A DNA stretch of 55,031 nt, from the NCBI GenBank assembly GCA_963575745.1, contig CAUYUJ010000190.1:62001-117031 (forward strand). Direction: 5' to 3'. Positions 44,301-53,296 of the stretch are shown here, one piece after another. Every line of letters starts with the position of its first letter. Within the stretch, counting starts at the first letter, position 1. Below the pieces are notes generated by a model. It ran no database searches and was not told where the DNA came from. It saw only the letters and a program-made list of their open reading frames with translations. A program made the translations under genes and the position numbers. The DNA comes from Prorocentrum cordatum (taxonomy: Eukaryota).

Positions 44301-45435
44301 GCCGCCAATGCCACGAGCGCTCTTGCGCGCTATGGTGGCAGTTTGTTTCACTTGGGACTGGCCAGTCATGGCCGCCTTGCTGCTGGCAGGGTTCACGATG
44401 TCCTTGAAGCCCGACGAGCTGCTGTCAGCCCGTCGCTGTGACCTTTTGTTGCCTTCGGATTGCCTTGAGTCCTCAGGCAACGCTTGGATGACCATTCCCG
44501 ATCCAGTGAGCAGCATGTCTTACCCGCCACAGCACGCCTGGTGCTCTGACAAAGCGGTGGTTCGGGTTTTGGAGATGGTCTTTCGGCATTTGGGTCCCAC
44601 CGATCCTCTGTCGACCTTTGGTCAAAGCGGCTTCCGTACTCGGTGGAACCATTTACTTTTGGCGTTAGGCGTACCGCTCGCCGAGACGCCAGCGGGGTTC
44701 CACTTGACCCCTGCTTGCCCCCGCGGCTCAGGCGCGACAGACTTTCATACGGCCACAGAAGATATTGGTCGTATCTTCTGGCGTAGTCGCTGGCGCCAGG
44801 CGTCTAGCGCGGAGCGCTTCTTGCACGACGATGCTTCCGCCGCGATGCTTTCCGCCTTGCCTGATGCCGCTCGGGCCCGTGTCACCTACTTCGATGGCGC
44901 GAGCGACTTCCTTGTCGCTTCCTTTCTGAACTGTGGCCCCACTGCGTGGCCCCTTCTGCTCGCGGCCGCCCGCCAAAACCTTGTCACTTCGCAAGGGCTT
45001 TGAGCCTGGGTATGGCTGCTACGGCCACCTGGCCGTCCAGATGGCCTCGTTGGACGAGGTCGTCTGAGGGCGCCGCACGGCTTGGGCGCGGCGCCCCGTC
45101 ATCCTTTACGGGTCGCCGCGCGCGCGCCGCGCGCCCGCCTCCGGGACCTGATCGCTTGCGCTGCGTGCGGGAGAATGCGCTTCTCTATTCTCCTTGCCGC
45201 TCGCGCCCGTTCAGGTCCTGCAGCTTCTCGGCCCCCTCCCCCCCTCCCCGCCTTACTCAGGCAGGCCTGCGGCGCTGCTACGGCCACCTGGCCGTCCAGA
45301 TGGCCTCGTTGGACGAGGTCGTCTGAGGGCGCCGCACGGCTTGGGCGCGGCGCCCCGTCATCCTTTACGGGTCGCCGCGCGCGCGCCGCGCGCCCGCCTC
45401 CGGGACCTGATCGCTTGCGCTGCGTGCGGGAGAAT
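35344..45435 (+). mobile_element. Full-length tyrosine-recombinase (DIRS-order, PAT/Ngaro-like architecture) retrotransposon with split direct repeats
   Basis: A1 35344-35404 = A2 45175-45235 (61 bp). B1 45015-45176 = B2 45274-45435 (162 bp). Order A1-ORF-B1-A2-B2, no TSD, encodes RT/RNase H/YR. Confidence 0.93.
35866..45003 (+). CDS. 3045-aa polyprotein: low-complexity N-terminus, RT (~39920-40600), RNase H (~40890-41440), DnaJ-like domain (~42043-42225), coiled coil (~43550-43770), tyrosine recombinase (~44030-44830)
   Basis: RT: FRVPKD..DRLILN, DDLREFYY, LAMGD..AVEIA, IDD. RNase H: TDAS..GG, HINILE, LLDSKVALGA..GRSSS, YVPT..RADDPTR. YR: RPPMP, GF..LKPDE, RGSGAT, RSRW. The true start and the frame of the first third are uncertain. 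Confidence 0.88.
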   Translation: MAPASLSPLQNSPPSSCLFPLDPGADAHLRRGVGGGVPSHHEEAAPSARKKSARATPVAGATQGSSPPAAERSIARATSVAAASRNTARLATGGEATGAKITASRTEESESVDPLFLHSPSTPPPPVAASPWLSCRSRHRFPRVGNDRRARAQGPSGGSGPSGFEGVGMRPSSDAATAPQGRGRAAHSTVGLAHQSGRPPRASFLAASPAPAGFRPPPGSEPSVVETRRGGSSVRLAITHELSRAVPPPPTVAADAVDSGGLEGVGMRSSSDAVAAPQGGVRTAPPAATAVNQLSTPPRDGPKAALPSLSGLQLPSGLEPPSQTRAERTGPPRSSPRAASPTRASFRPPPGLESPLQPRAWRMGPPPGFDARTPALPAAAPTPALTPAPAPAPPPAPRPAPMPARAPARTAAAPTRALTPAPAPAPHRRQHQRQHLAASAPTLALTPAPAPAPTPAPRPAPTPALTPAQTAAAPTPALPPALAPAITPGGASTVLPFHPPPGFEALSGPAVWQVGPSPCLASLEAGARVPPPHNRCATDAAVGFPFPDSGSGQSAIPCLGASPLPPREPLAVSASRASAHAILHSLGLLGNPTSASTDPASLPVSAPLLSGATRHVSAAAADGFGVAGTCLPGAAASAPQSTGRTDPSAPAAARDLGTPPQSCPMATSPCLPGFLPPPGLEPPSRPCASRRSGGALREARGAPALRRRGGSSGFSAIRDRGHVGQGTCATSSRPAARWDPSFGARLSVGEGSVERPSAGAPACPSRARPPATWAGRPRCGRRLRRGGRRGRTGAACRGAPEGSRSGFHLPAGGAAAVHVHRPAGGGPRLPRNRMVPHGDQAPPVSRDLVRVAAGPCRARSAGSQAAGGAALHGGASHHRGGRTRAACTGRGFTQRRVAVSDDAAAARRAWAERGRESRHALLQRCCCGPAGRSSCRCRDSRSTPGSPSGPSGHFGNFHRAAEAPSDGDSGAPPVASIGSVASGNPPRVDLSSGVTTVPPAPRVDLSSGAAASSEASRVDLSAGDSRPSAPTGTTPSFPKVAPFVADLSALLRLFPGANIDITHWAAALAQVGMGARCSLSSFTRTSLSASARDGSYVLEPPPRDPWPCPPAPSLPPPPVTLTGRARERWRLRRAARTLAQHAVVALNWLTLGHPSLAPIEAHVCTAATPCQEGTRDRLERLCRIAVRLARGGKSDLGRAFSKFDATEVSLHGLATHVAAIEASFTSSSQVPAPMRQCPSSAPPVPGSLASAAGWDSTQSEPFDLRVRASRIKWDYSPTFDPTPFLADARVRKAFHDPETMRLPSAEWPSGLPGARVHMDRDQLWELLRKWDSCGALYLTPTSDLAWDEACGAFRVPKDSEYDRLILNPTVVNSRCQSISSSTQRLGQGFLLCRMGLAAGEWLVVSCDDLREFYYTFKVPPARAKRNALRVRLPSARFKAFNAWRPDLEGVDVSPCLNALAMGDNMAVEIANSAHEGVLRSFGALRPHEQAVHRTPFPRGHFVEMLNIDDHTGFQKLSWNGLAPRPDDPNRRDKEVFAACDRGYPRVGLVQHPGKRTRGATHKVVVGAEVEGRIGIVCAPLVRTVALCRLTLIQVYLGHSTRAVLASLVGCWVQVFLFRRPMLSIFTHVYNFLSSLSTEDGFEYELPVSVRDELLACAYLAFVAINDLRAGYSPEVFGTDASLGWGGVVRSSISPHLSQELWRRSEHGGWHTVLHNRSLLAVLDRGVPLGPELTQLHRDLGLPSIEPPVAPHWISELSEALHFRLAYKWEFRMPRHINILEATVFKSLCKYCCVRMPDSRIPVLLDSKVALGAAAHGRSSSPGLSHVLSTALPYILSGGLYMGGLYVPTDVHRADDPTRNRPVRPPSREAPAWLVDAEAGDFGRFDWVALADAHSPYPTCLWGRLAALVLAQGLLARGNARAAHGLAARPPLSPAPAADAWFASAAAATGVEAPVFLEAPGTLPQPDPAQAEAPEIPRRNASPAVGGGCLGGRSAEGAAELSALPHEASQGASPFEAPFRPGAAPVAAGPPGAPAQLSAARPRLAARTDPKRPAKVAKVRTARELLQLKPGADRSAMERQFRRLATPHRPDRARHRPLSASDRADASPLWSRFCDAKSLLLGEASRCQPGAGTLPCQEREHGTCRGGVRAGPRLYARARPWPDGRAAGACQCLQPELGGARPDFGASASGTPSAPCSSRGRRHRPARPAETVRAERPRRARAARAPAALLSAPGAAAPPPGRRARRTANFALWGQPCARHRAAASADEGREPLPSRSWSPGLGAGAPGAPSSSARLGSTSKWRDAPLAPGDGARVPHTFSDRAPRRQSDSQDAPPVASPRGSRRAPPPRGARASTRSAGPAARFAAAPPPRGSGSDPACDLASGARDPPTVTGSASSGSLPVGAFSARGARISMGPPARAASAPPALRVDGAPMRVPADRLRPNALARIPAASGPAAASFAMLEAAPRAGASPRSLGPAAAPRAALLSVDSPVDSADLPQPSGAAHEKGSDALAAAPHLLDSLEPSARAARGLPQDGACATSVAMRTSRVAGPAAAVARRARADRRARARFLSSVAAAEAALTEVMLGTGEETGESAGELAKRMQTLLAELERRKDAMRIARSRLADCVREAASAGFPEAAAYSPSPVAAPTALAEVDSAAEAEARVGTGLHSEAEPARHRDESATLAWPRRVPHPARRRRRRAAETEPPSAPWSGAVLTSAGDRRKRALYAFELWCAEDAGVAPLPLYRSGILLSRFLATFGVWLHDAGFPLNILVHAIIGVQARLPHWKPFLTEAWGVARAWKRSQPPRLRPPMPRALLRAMVAVCFTWDWPVMAALLLAGFTMSLKPDELLSARRCDLLLPSDCLESSGNAWMTIPDPVSSMSYPPQHAWCSDKAVVRVLEMVFRHLGPTDPLSTFGQSGFRTRWNHLLLALGVPLAETPAGFHLTPACPRGSGATDFHTATEDIGRIFWRSRWRQASSAERFLHDDASAAMLSALPDAARARVTYFDGASDFLVASFLNCGPTAWPLLLAAARQNLVTSQGL

Positions 45436-45715
45436 CATCATCACCATCACCATCATCATCATCATCATCATTATCAGCATCAGCATCGCCATCACCATCG
45501 CCATCACCATCACCATCATCATCACCACCATCATCATCATCATCATCACTATCAGCATCATCATCATCACCATCACCATCACCATCACAATCATCAACAC
45601 CATCATCATCATTATCAGCATCAGCATCAGCATCAGCATCAGCATCAGCATCATCAACACCATCATCATCATCATCAGCATCATCATCATTATCATCAAC
45701 ATCATCATCATAACT

Positions 45716-45754
<39 letters not shown>

Positions 45755-45905
45755 GTCATCGTCATCGTCATCGTCATTGGCATCGCCATCACCACCACCA
45801 CCACCACCACCACCACCACCACCACCACCACCACCACCACCACCACTACCACCACCACCACCACCACCACCACCACCACCACCACCACCACCACCACCAC
45901 CATCA
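45436..45905. repeat. (CAT)n/(CAC)n microsatellite, right flank of the YR element
   Basis: Read directly from the sequence. Confidence 0.95.
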
Positions 45906-47139
45906 CGCTCCAAAAAGACGCATTTTCCAGGCATGGGGGGGCGTGGGGCGTCGGGCGTTCGGTGAAGGGGCCCCTGCCCCGATCTGCGCGCTCCTCGTCG
46001 CCGCGCGTCGACCTGTGCAGACGTCGGTGCCGGCCGACTTTCGGGTTGTCTGTGGAGTCTGTCCTCGTCGTCGTCGTCGTCGTGTCGACTGTGCTTGCGA
46101 GCGTCGATTGCTTTCGGGTTGTCTGCGGGCCAGCACATGCACGCACGCCGAGGTCAACACATACAGGTAGGTCAACACATACCCATCGGTCGTTGAAAGT
46201 AGGTTGAAAGTAGTAGCAAACGTGCGTCAATTTCCTGTCCTCCTTCCGCAGCCATAACTGCGACGTGCGGGCCATGGACGACGCGCTGGACCTCGGCGTT
46301 GACTGGGCGCAGTTGCGGCTTCGGTACCTGGGTGGAAGTGACGGCGCGGGCAGGGGGCGCCAGGCGGCGAAGGGCCACGCTGATCGCCGCGCACCCAGGA
46401 AGGACCAGAAACAGTGGAAGGTCGTCACCTAAAGCCGCGGGCGCGCCCGCCCTTGTTTCACCCTCATTCACTCTGGCTTCTCCTGGGTGTGGCCGTGACC
46501 CAGCCTTCCAGCGGGCAGCCTTATGCAGCTTAGGTTCTGTACGGTCGCGACAGGGTCGGGTGTGGTCTATCCTACTTGGCTCCTGGCGTTGCCAACAGGT
46601 CCACAGGTGTCACAGGTGGCACACTCCGGATGACTGTTGGTCATGCGTCGCATCCGCTGGCGCCGCCTTCATTGTCCCGGTGTCACTCGCCATTGGCTGC
46701 GCGCGAGCACCCTGGGTACATGTTTGGCATTGGGTGTGGTCCATCCTGCTCGGTTGCCTTGCTATGCATTCACAGGTCTTGCTATGCTATGCATGGACCA
46801 CGGTGCACATGATTGCTCCTGGGACGCAGGTTTACCTACCTTTGAGCGGTCATTACTTGATCTGTCGGTGTGCGACGCTTCGGCTGGCGCCTCTTCAGAT
46901 CTCGCGCCATTTTGGCAGCGCGTGTCAGGTTTGGCTGATTTGGTGCTCCCTGGGTTTCCCTGGGTCACCTTGCAGCTCTGCCCTGGGTTCAGCTCTCCCT
47001 GGGATCAGCCTCGCCCTCGCCGCAGTTGCTGCTTGCTGCATCCGGCGCCGCCGCGGCCGCCTAGTCGCGCGCGTTAGCCGTCGGTAATTTAAGCCGGTCG
47101 CGGCCCGACCTACTTCGCCCGCTGCTGGCGCGTTCGCCT

Positions 47140-48330
47140 GCGGCCGTAAAAAAAAGTAACCCCGCCAGCCCATCCAGAAACGAGGCCCAGAGGAATTGCC
47201 TCGATCAGGGAAGTGGGCAGCACACAGAGGAATGGTCCCCCAGTGGAGGCTTCTTGGAGCGTCTTGGGTGCCTCGGAAAGCTTCTTGGGGCCTCTTGGGG
47301 GTCTCTTGGGAGCATCTTGGAGGCCTCCTGGGCCTCCTGGGCGCCTAATGGGGCCCTCTTGACGCGCTCTTGGGAGCCTTGGGGGCGCTCTCGGGGCCAT
47401 CTTCGGGGACATCGATCAAACAAGAAGCGAGCATTAGTTAGCGTTGCCCCTCGGGAGCCCAAGCAATCGCTTCTTGGGGCGCTCTTGGGGGGCTCTTGGA
47501 GCGCGCTTAGACGCTCTTGGGGCCGCCTTGGGGCTCTCTGGAGCCTTTCTTGGAGCCCTCTTGGGCCATGTTGGAGCCATCTTGAGGCCTCGGATGGTCA
47601 TCGGAAGCGAAAAGGCGAGAAAGCCAAACACATAGAATTTCCTCAGGTTTTGGCCTCTTCGGAGCCTCCTGTGGGAGCTCTTTGGCCACTGGGAGCCGTC
47701 TTGGAGCGGTCTTGGGGCATCTTAGAGCATCGTGGGAGCCATTCTGAGACATCTTGGGATATCTTGAGCCATCTTGGACGTCATCTCGAGCTCCCCCAGG
47801 CGCTCTTGGAGTCATCTTAATCAGTGCCCCCCCGAAGAGGCCAACATGTGGCTAAAACCTTAGTATAATCAATGATTTGACATTCTCTCCGAGGCCTCTT
47901 GGAACATCTTGGGTGCCTCGGGGGGGTCTCTTGGGGCCTCTTGGGGGTCTCTTGGGAACCTCTTGGGGGCATCCTGGGGGCCTCTTGGGGCTTCCTGGCC
48001 ACCTTTTGGGGCCCTCTTGGGGCACCCTTGGGAGCCTTGGGGGCCATCTTTGGGGCATCTTGGGTAAGATCGATCACAGGATGGGGGGGGCACTAATTAG
48101 GGTCCCCCCTCAGGAGGCCAACGTGCGGCCAAAACCATAGTAAAACCAATGATTTTGGCTTCCTCGCCGAGGCCGTCTTGGACGTTCCGACACCTCGCGA
48201 AACCCCCTGTCCAGGTCCAAGGAGAGGGGGTATGGGGGCGGGGTAAATCTCTCCCCGAAGGGGGAGAAGGAGGGGTGGAAGAGGAAACTCCCTAAACCAC
48301 CGACGCCCAGAGGGCTGATGGGAATTATCG
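47140..48330. repeat. Dispersed repeat rich in ~11-bp CTTGGGGCC(A)T units; related segments at ~27295-27510 and ~53020-53285
   Basis: Shared CTTGGGGGCCATCTT units, GATCGATC..GGGGGGG and ACCCCC.T..AGGTCCA.GGAG.GGGG blocks. Confidence 0.65.
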
Positions 48331-48943
48331 GAATCCCGACTTCCAATCTACTTTAAGCGCCTTCCTACTTCAGTGATCGAGTGGCTTCACCTTTTCCGTC
48401 CTCTTTAGGGGGCGGGCGGACACCCAGTCTGCTTGCAACGCTTTTCTACTCCATGCTTCTACCTTCTTCTTCCGACCGATGGGTACCAGCGCGTTCTAAG
48501 GGTGCCAGCTGCGCGCACGCACCGATCCTGACCGTGCCCGCTCCGGGTTCAGGATCGGTGCGCGTGCCCTCCCGCCCAAGGCGGGAGCGCACGTGCACCG
48601 GTCCCGGGGGGCCAGGACGGGCCCGGTGCCAGGATCGCCGCATGTTGGGCGCTTTTCCCTGCATCCTCCTCCTCCTTCCCCTCCTCCTCCTCCTTCCCCT
48701 CCTCCTTCTCCTCCTCCTTCCTTCCCCTCCTCCCCTCCTCCTCCTCCCTCCTCCCCTCCTCCTCCTCCTTCCCTCCTCCTCCTCCTTCCCTCCTCCTCCT
48801 CCTCCTCCTCCCTCCTCCCTCCTCCTCCTCCTCCGCCTCGAGTCTGCCGCACCGTCCGCCACTGGTTCGCGTGGTCCCGTCTCCCAGCCCTGCACGTGCC
48901 CGCCCTCTCCCCTCCTCCGTTGGAAGGAATTCAGCGTCTAGTG

Positions 48944-49252
48944 TTAAGTCGGGCCTGTCCCTCTGCAGTGGGAATATTCAAAAATAGACAAACAATAGTC
49001 TGGGGACTATTTTTTGAACATTTGTTTGCCATTTTGGAGTATTTTTTGACATTTTTTGTTTTTCGTACAAAATCCCCCTGCAGGGGACAGGCCCGACTTA
49101 ATTCTGGGCTCTCCTGGGGGGATTGGGAAAAGGTGGACGATGAAATTTGCCGCGTGCCGTTGTTTCCGGCCCTGCCGCCATCTTTTTCGTATTTTGGGGG
49201 TATCTTTATTTTTCGTCCAAAATCCCCTTGTAGGGGGACAGGCCCGACCTAA
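48944..49252. mobile_element. 309-bp MITE of the TTAAGTCGGG family, perfect 8-bp TSD GTCTAGTG
   Basis: Same TIR as 18393-20485; TSD at 48936-48943 and 49253-49260; an extra right-end TIR lies internally, ending ~49101. Confidence 0.88.
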
Positions 49253-49437
49253 GTCTAGTGTCTGTTCAAGTTGCTGCAGCCCAAGTAGTTACTTCACTTG
49301 GCCAGGATTCGCGCCAGGCGCGCCCGCCACTGTTCCCCGCGGTCGCGGGAAACAACACTACGGTAGTATTTTGGAGATTCGGTGACATGAAATCGAAGGC
49401 TCGCTCAAAAACTCGACTGGTCTCCTGTCGGACTGCA

Positions 49438-50530
49438 GAGGAGGAGGAGGAGGAGGAGGAGGAGGAGGAGGAGGAGGATGAGAGGAGGAGGAGAGGAGGA
49501 GGAGGAGGAGGAGGAGGAGGAGGAGGAGGAGAGGAAGGAGGAGGGGAGAGGGAGGCGGGAGGAGGAGGAGGGAGGAGGAAAAGTCGTATGCGCCCCCCTC
49601 TCGGCCGCCTCCGCACCGTTCCGTGAGGCTCTCCCCCGTTGCCGTGGCGGGGAGGGGGCGCCCCGCCCGGGGAGAAGGGGCGCAGGCCTCTTCGGGGCGC
49701 TCCTCTCTCGCAGGCCTTCGGTGCCGAGTCGTTCTAGGGCGGGCCTGGGCTCGCGGAGTGGAGGGTTTCTCGGAAGGGCTCATGCGACTCCTCCTCCTCC
49801 CTCCTCCTCCTGCTTCCTTCCTTCCCTCCTCCTCCTCCCTTTTGTTTCCAACCTCCTCCCTCCTCCTACCTCACTTCCTCCTCCCTCCTCCTCCCTACCT
49901 TCCTCCTCCTCCTCCTCCTCCTCCGCCTCCTCCTCCTCCTCTGGCGCCTCCTCCCGCTCCTTCCTCCCTCTCCCTCCATCCTCCTCCTCCTCCTCCCTCC
50001 TCCCTCCTCTCCTCCTCCTCCTCCCTTCGCTCACTCCGCCGCTCCCGTCATCCATCTCGCCCTCCCTCCTCTTGTCCACCCTCCTCTCCTCCTCGCTGCC
50101 TTCCTTCTCCCTCCCGCTCCCCCCTGCTCCTCCCTCCCTCCTCCCTCCCCCTCCTCCTCCTCCATCCATCCTACCTCCACGCTCCTCGCCCCACTCCTGC
50201 CCCCTCCTCACCTCTCCCCCTCCTTATCATCCTACCACATCATCCCTCTCCCTCCTGCCCCTCCTCGCCCCCCCCTCTTCTCGGGTCGGCCTATGTCCCC
50301 AGGGGAGACCGTTCCATGGCTCCCAATCAGCATCCTCAGATGCCGATTCGTTCTTGGGGGCGCTTCTCTGGGCTCCGTGGAGTGTCCCCAGAGGCTAGGA
50401 GCCGGCGAAGACGCTTCCCAGAGGCCTTCGACTTCTGTGTCCGCGCCCCCGTTTTCGTTCGCTCCTCCTCCTCCTCCTCCTCCTTCTTCCACTCCTCCTC
50501 CTCCTCCGCCTCCTCCTCCTCCTTCTTTCC
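49438..50530. repeat. (GAG)n and degenerate (CCT)n tracts
   Basis: Read directly from the sequence. Confidence 0.85.
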
Positions 50531-51339
50531 GTCATTCGTTACGGTCGGACCATTCTTCGTGTTTGTTGGATGGCCGTGTGCATTCTGGGGGAGTGTGCCC
50601 TCGAGTGTTCTTCAGTTTGGCCAGCGGAGGGTCTCAGGTTCTTGGAGGATGTTCTTCTGTTCTTCTAGGTCCTGCAGTACTCATCATCGATGCTCTTCCT
50701 GCTGTCCTTGTCCCCTCCAGTCTCACTGTGTGGCTGCCGTTGTGTGCTGCCCTTCTGCCCATTCTGGCGGTCTGCCCCGTGCAGTCCTGAAGCTCGCGCC
50801 GCGGCGACATGATCATCAACCCGCGCACCCGCATCTCCGGCGTGCAGGCTCGTGCTGTCGCTGGGTAGGTTTCGGCAGCAGAACCGTCTGATGTGGTAGC
50901 GGGCAATTGGAGATACGAAGACGCACGGAGCTGGCGACAGCGACGCGCACACTTCTGCTGAGGGGAGCTGCGATGTTGTCAATGCCGGACTCGACGTCAG
51001 CCCTTCGGCAGGATTCTCAGGTGGACGGCGGTCGCGGGAGCCTCAGGCGGCTTCATCGAAATGAGTTTTGTAGTCGCGGTTCGGGGGCCCTCTGTTGCTG
51101 AGTCTGCTGGTTGTTGTGAGGTGGTTTGTGGGGGCCAGCTCATCGGAGGCTTGGGGGTCAGGTCGAAGTGAAACGGAGTCCCCCAACCATGACATCGGTT
51201 TCGGTTTCGGTTTCGGTCCGTGCCGTGCGTGCCGTGCGTCACGTGCGTGCGGGCGAGGCGAAGCTGCGCGAGGACGAGGCAGATCCCAGTCCGGTTGGAG
51301 CAGGCTGCCATCAGGTTGTCCCTCCCCCCGACCGCTGGG

Positions 51340-51665
51340 CGATTGCTCCCAAGTTGTCCCTCGGTCGTCCCGTGGTTGTCCCGAGGTTGTCCCGCGGTTG
51401 TCCCCACGATTGTTCTGCGGTTGTCCCGTGGTTGTCTCGTGGTGGCCTCGCGTTTGCGGTTGTGTCGTGGTTGTTTTGTTGTCCTCCGGTTGTCCCGTGG
51501 CTGTCTCGTGGTTGTCTTGTCGTTGTCTCGCGGTTGCACCGTAGTTGTTTTGTGATTGTGCAGGTCCTCTAGTTGTCTTGTGGTTGTTCTGTGGTTATTC
51601 CGTGGCTGTCCCGTGGTTTTCGCGTGTTTGTCGCTTGCCTTCCCGCGGTTGCCCCGCGGTTGCAC
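51340..51665. repeat. ~11-bp minisatellite (GGTTGTCCCGT-like)
   Basis: Read directly from the sequence. Confidence 0.85.
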
Positions 51666-51953
51666 TGTGTGCGTACACATATAGATATGTACATGTACGT
51701 GTATATGGCTGGCAGCGTGCTCGCGTGAACGATAAATAGGCTGATTGTGATATTGGTAGAGCGTTGGCAACACCAGTATGTGGTCATACTGATACATATA
51801 TAATCATATATTCATATTTTGACCATTCGTTACTTAGTGAGGCCTGTCGGGAGTGTAATCGACCGTCAGATCGATAGCGATATCGCAAGATGCATGGTAT
51901 GACCAATAGTTTCGGCAGGTATTTAGTTTCTGATATCGGCAGCTGAACACACA

Positions 51954-52038
51954 TGTCTGTGTGTCTGTCTGCCTGCCTGCCTGTCTGCCTGTCTGTCTGT
52001 CTGTCTGTGTGTGTGTGTCTGTCTGTCTGTCTGTCTGT

Positions 52039-52071
<33 letters not shown>

Positions 52072-52662
52072 TGTCTGTCTGTATGTATGTATGCATGTAT
52101 GTATGTTTGTATGTATGTATGTATTTATGCATGTATGTATGTATGTATGTATGTATGCATGCATGTATGTATGTATGTATGTATGTATGTATGTATGTAT
52201 ATGTGTTTGTATGTATGTATGCATGCATGCATGTATGTGTGTGTATGCGTGTATGTATGTATGTATGTACGTGTGTATGTATGCATGTATGTATGCATGT
52301 ATGTATGTATGTATGTATGTATGTATGTATGCCTGTATGTAGTATGCATGTATGTATGTATGTATGTATGTACGTACGTACGTACGTACGTACGTACGTG
52401 TTTATGTATGTATGTATGTATGTATGGATGTGTGTATGTGTGTATGTATGTATGTATGTATGTATGTATGTATGTATGTATGTATGTATGTATGTATGTA
52501 TGTATGTATGTATGTATGTAGTATGTATGTATGTACGTGTGTATGTATGCATGCATGTATGTATGTATGTATGTATGTATGTATGTATGTATGTATGTAT
52601 GTATATATCTATGTATGTATGTATGTATGTATGTATGTATGTATGTATGCATGTATGTATGC

Positions 52663-52693
<31 letters not shown>

Positions 52694-52725
52694 TGTATGT
52701 ATGTATGTATGTATGTATGTATATA
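51954..52725. repeat. Compound (TCTG)n/(CCTG)n/(TATG)n microsatellite
   Basis: Read directly from the sequence. Confidence 0.95.
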
Positions 52726-53296
52726 TGCGTACTTGTATTTGTATTCGTGCTTGTATCTGTACTACAAGACTGCATTTGCGCTTCGCTCCATGCACCTTGC
52801 TCCTTGCAGTTTGGGATGCAGGCGTAACTCGCGGCGGAAGGGCAGGCAGGTAAAGCATATCAAGTAGCGACAACTCCTCGTTGCCTTGTCTGGCATCGAG
52901 TCAAATTACATAACGGGTTCTCCTTCTCTCATGCTTCCTCTTTCTCTTCCTCATTCTCGCCCTCCCCTGCGAACTCTTCCCCGTCCTCCTCTGCTCTTTT
53001 TGCGGAGGCTCCTCCTTAGAGAGCTTCTTGGGGGCCTCACGAACGGTCTACTTGGCTTTTTGGGGCCTTCTGGAGGCCTCCTGGGCGCCTTCTGGGGGCA
53101 TCTGGGGGCTTCCTCGGACCATCCTGCTTCCAACTGCGGTCTCCCTGAACGACCGGGTCACGATCTGGAATGCTTCGAGGGGCGTCTTGGGGCCATCTTG
53201 GGCCGTCATGGGGCTCTCTTCGGGCCATCTTGGAGCCCTGTTGTGTCATTTCATTCTGGGGATCTTCTTGGACTGCTTGGAAGCCCTTTCGGATAG

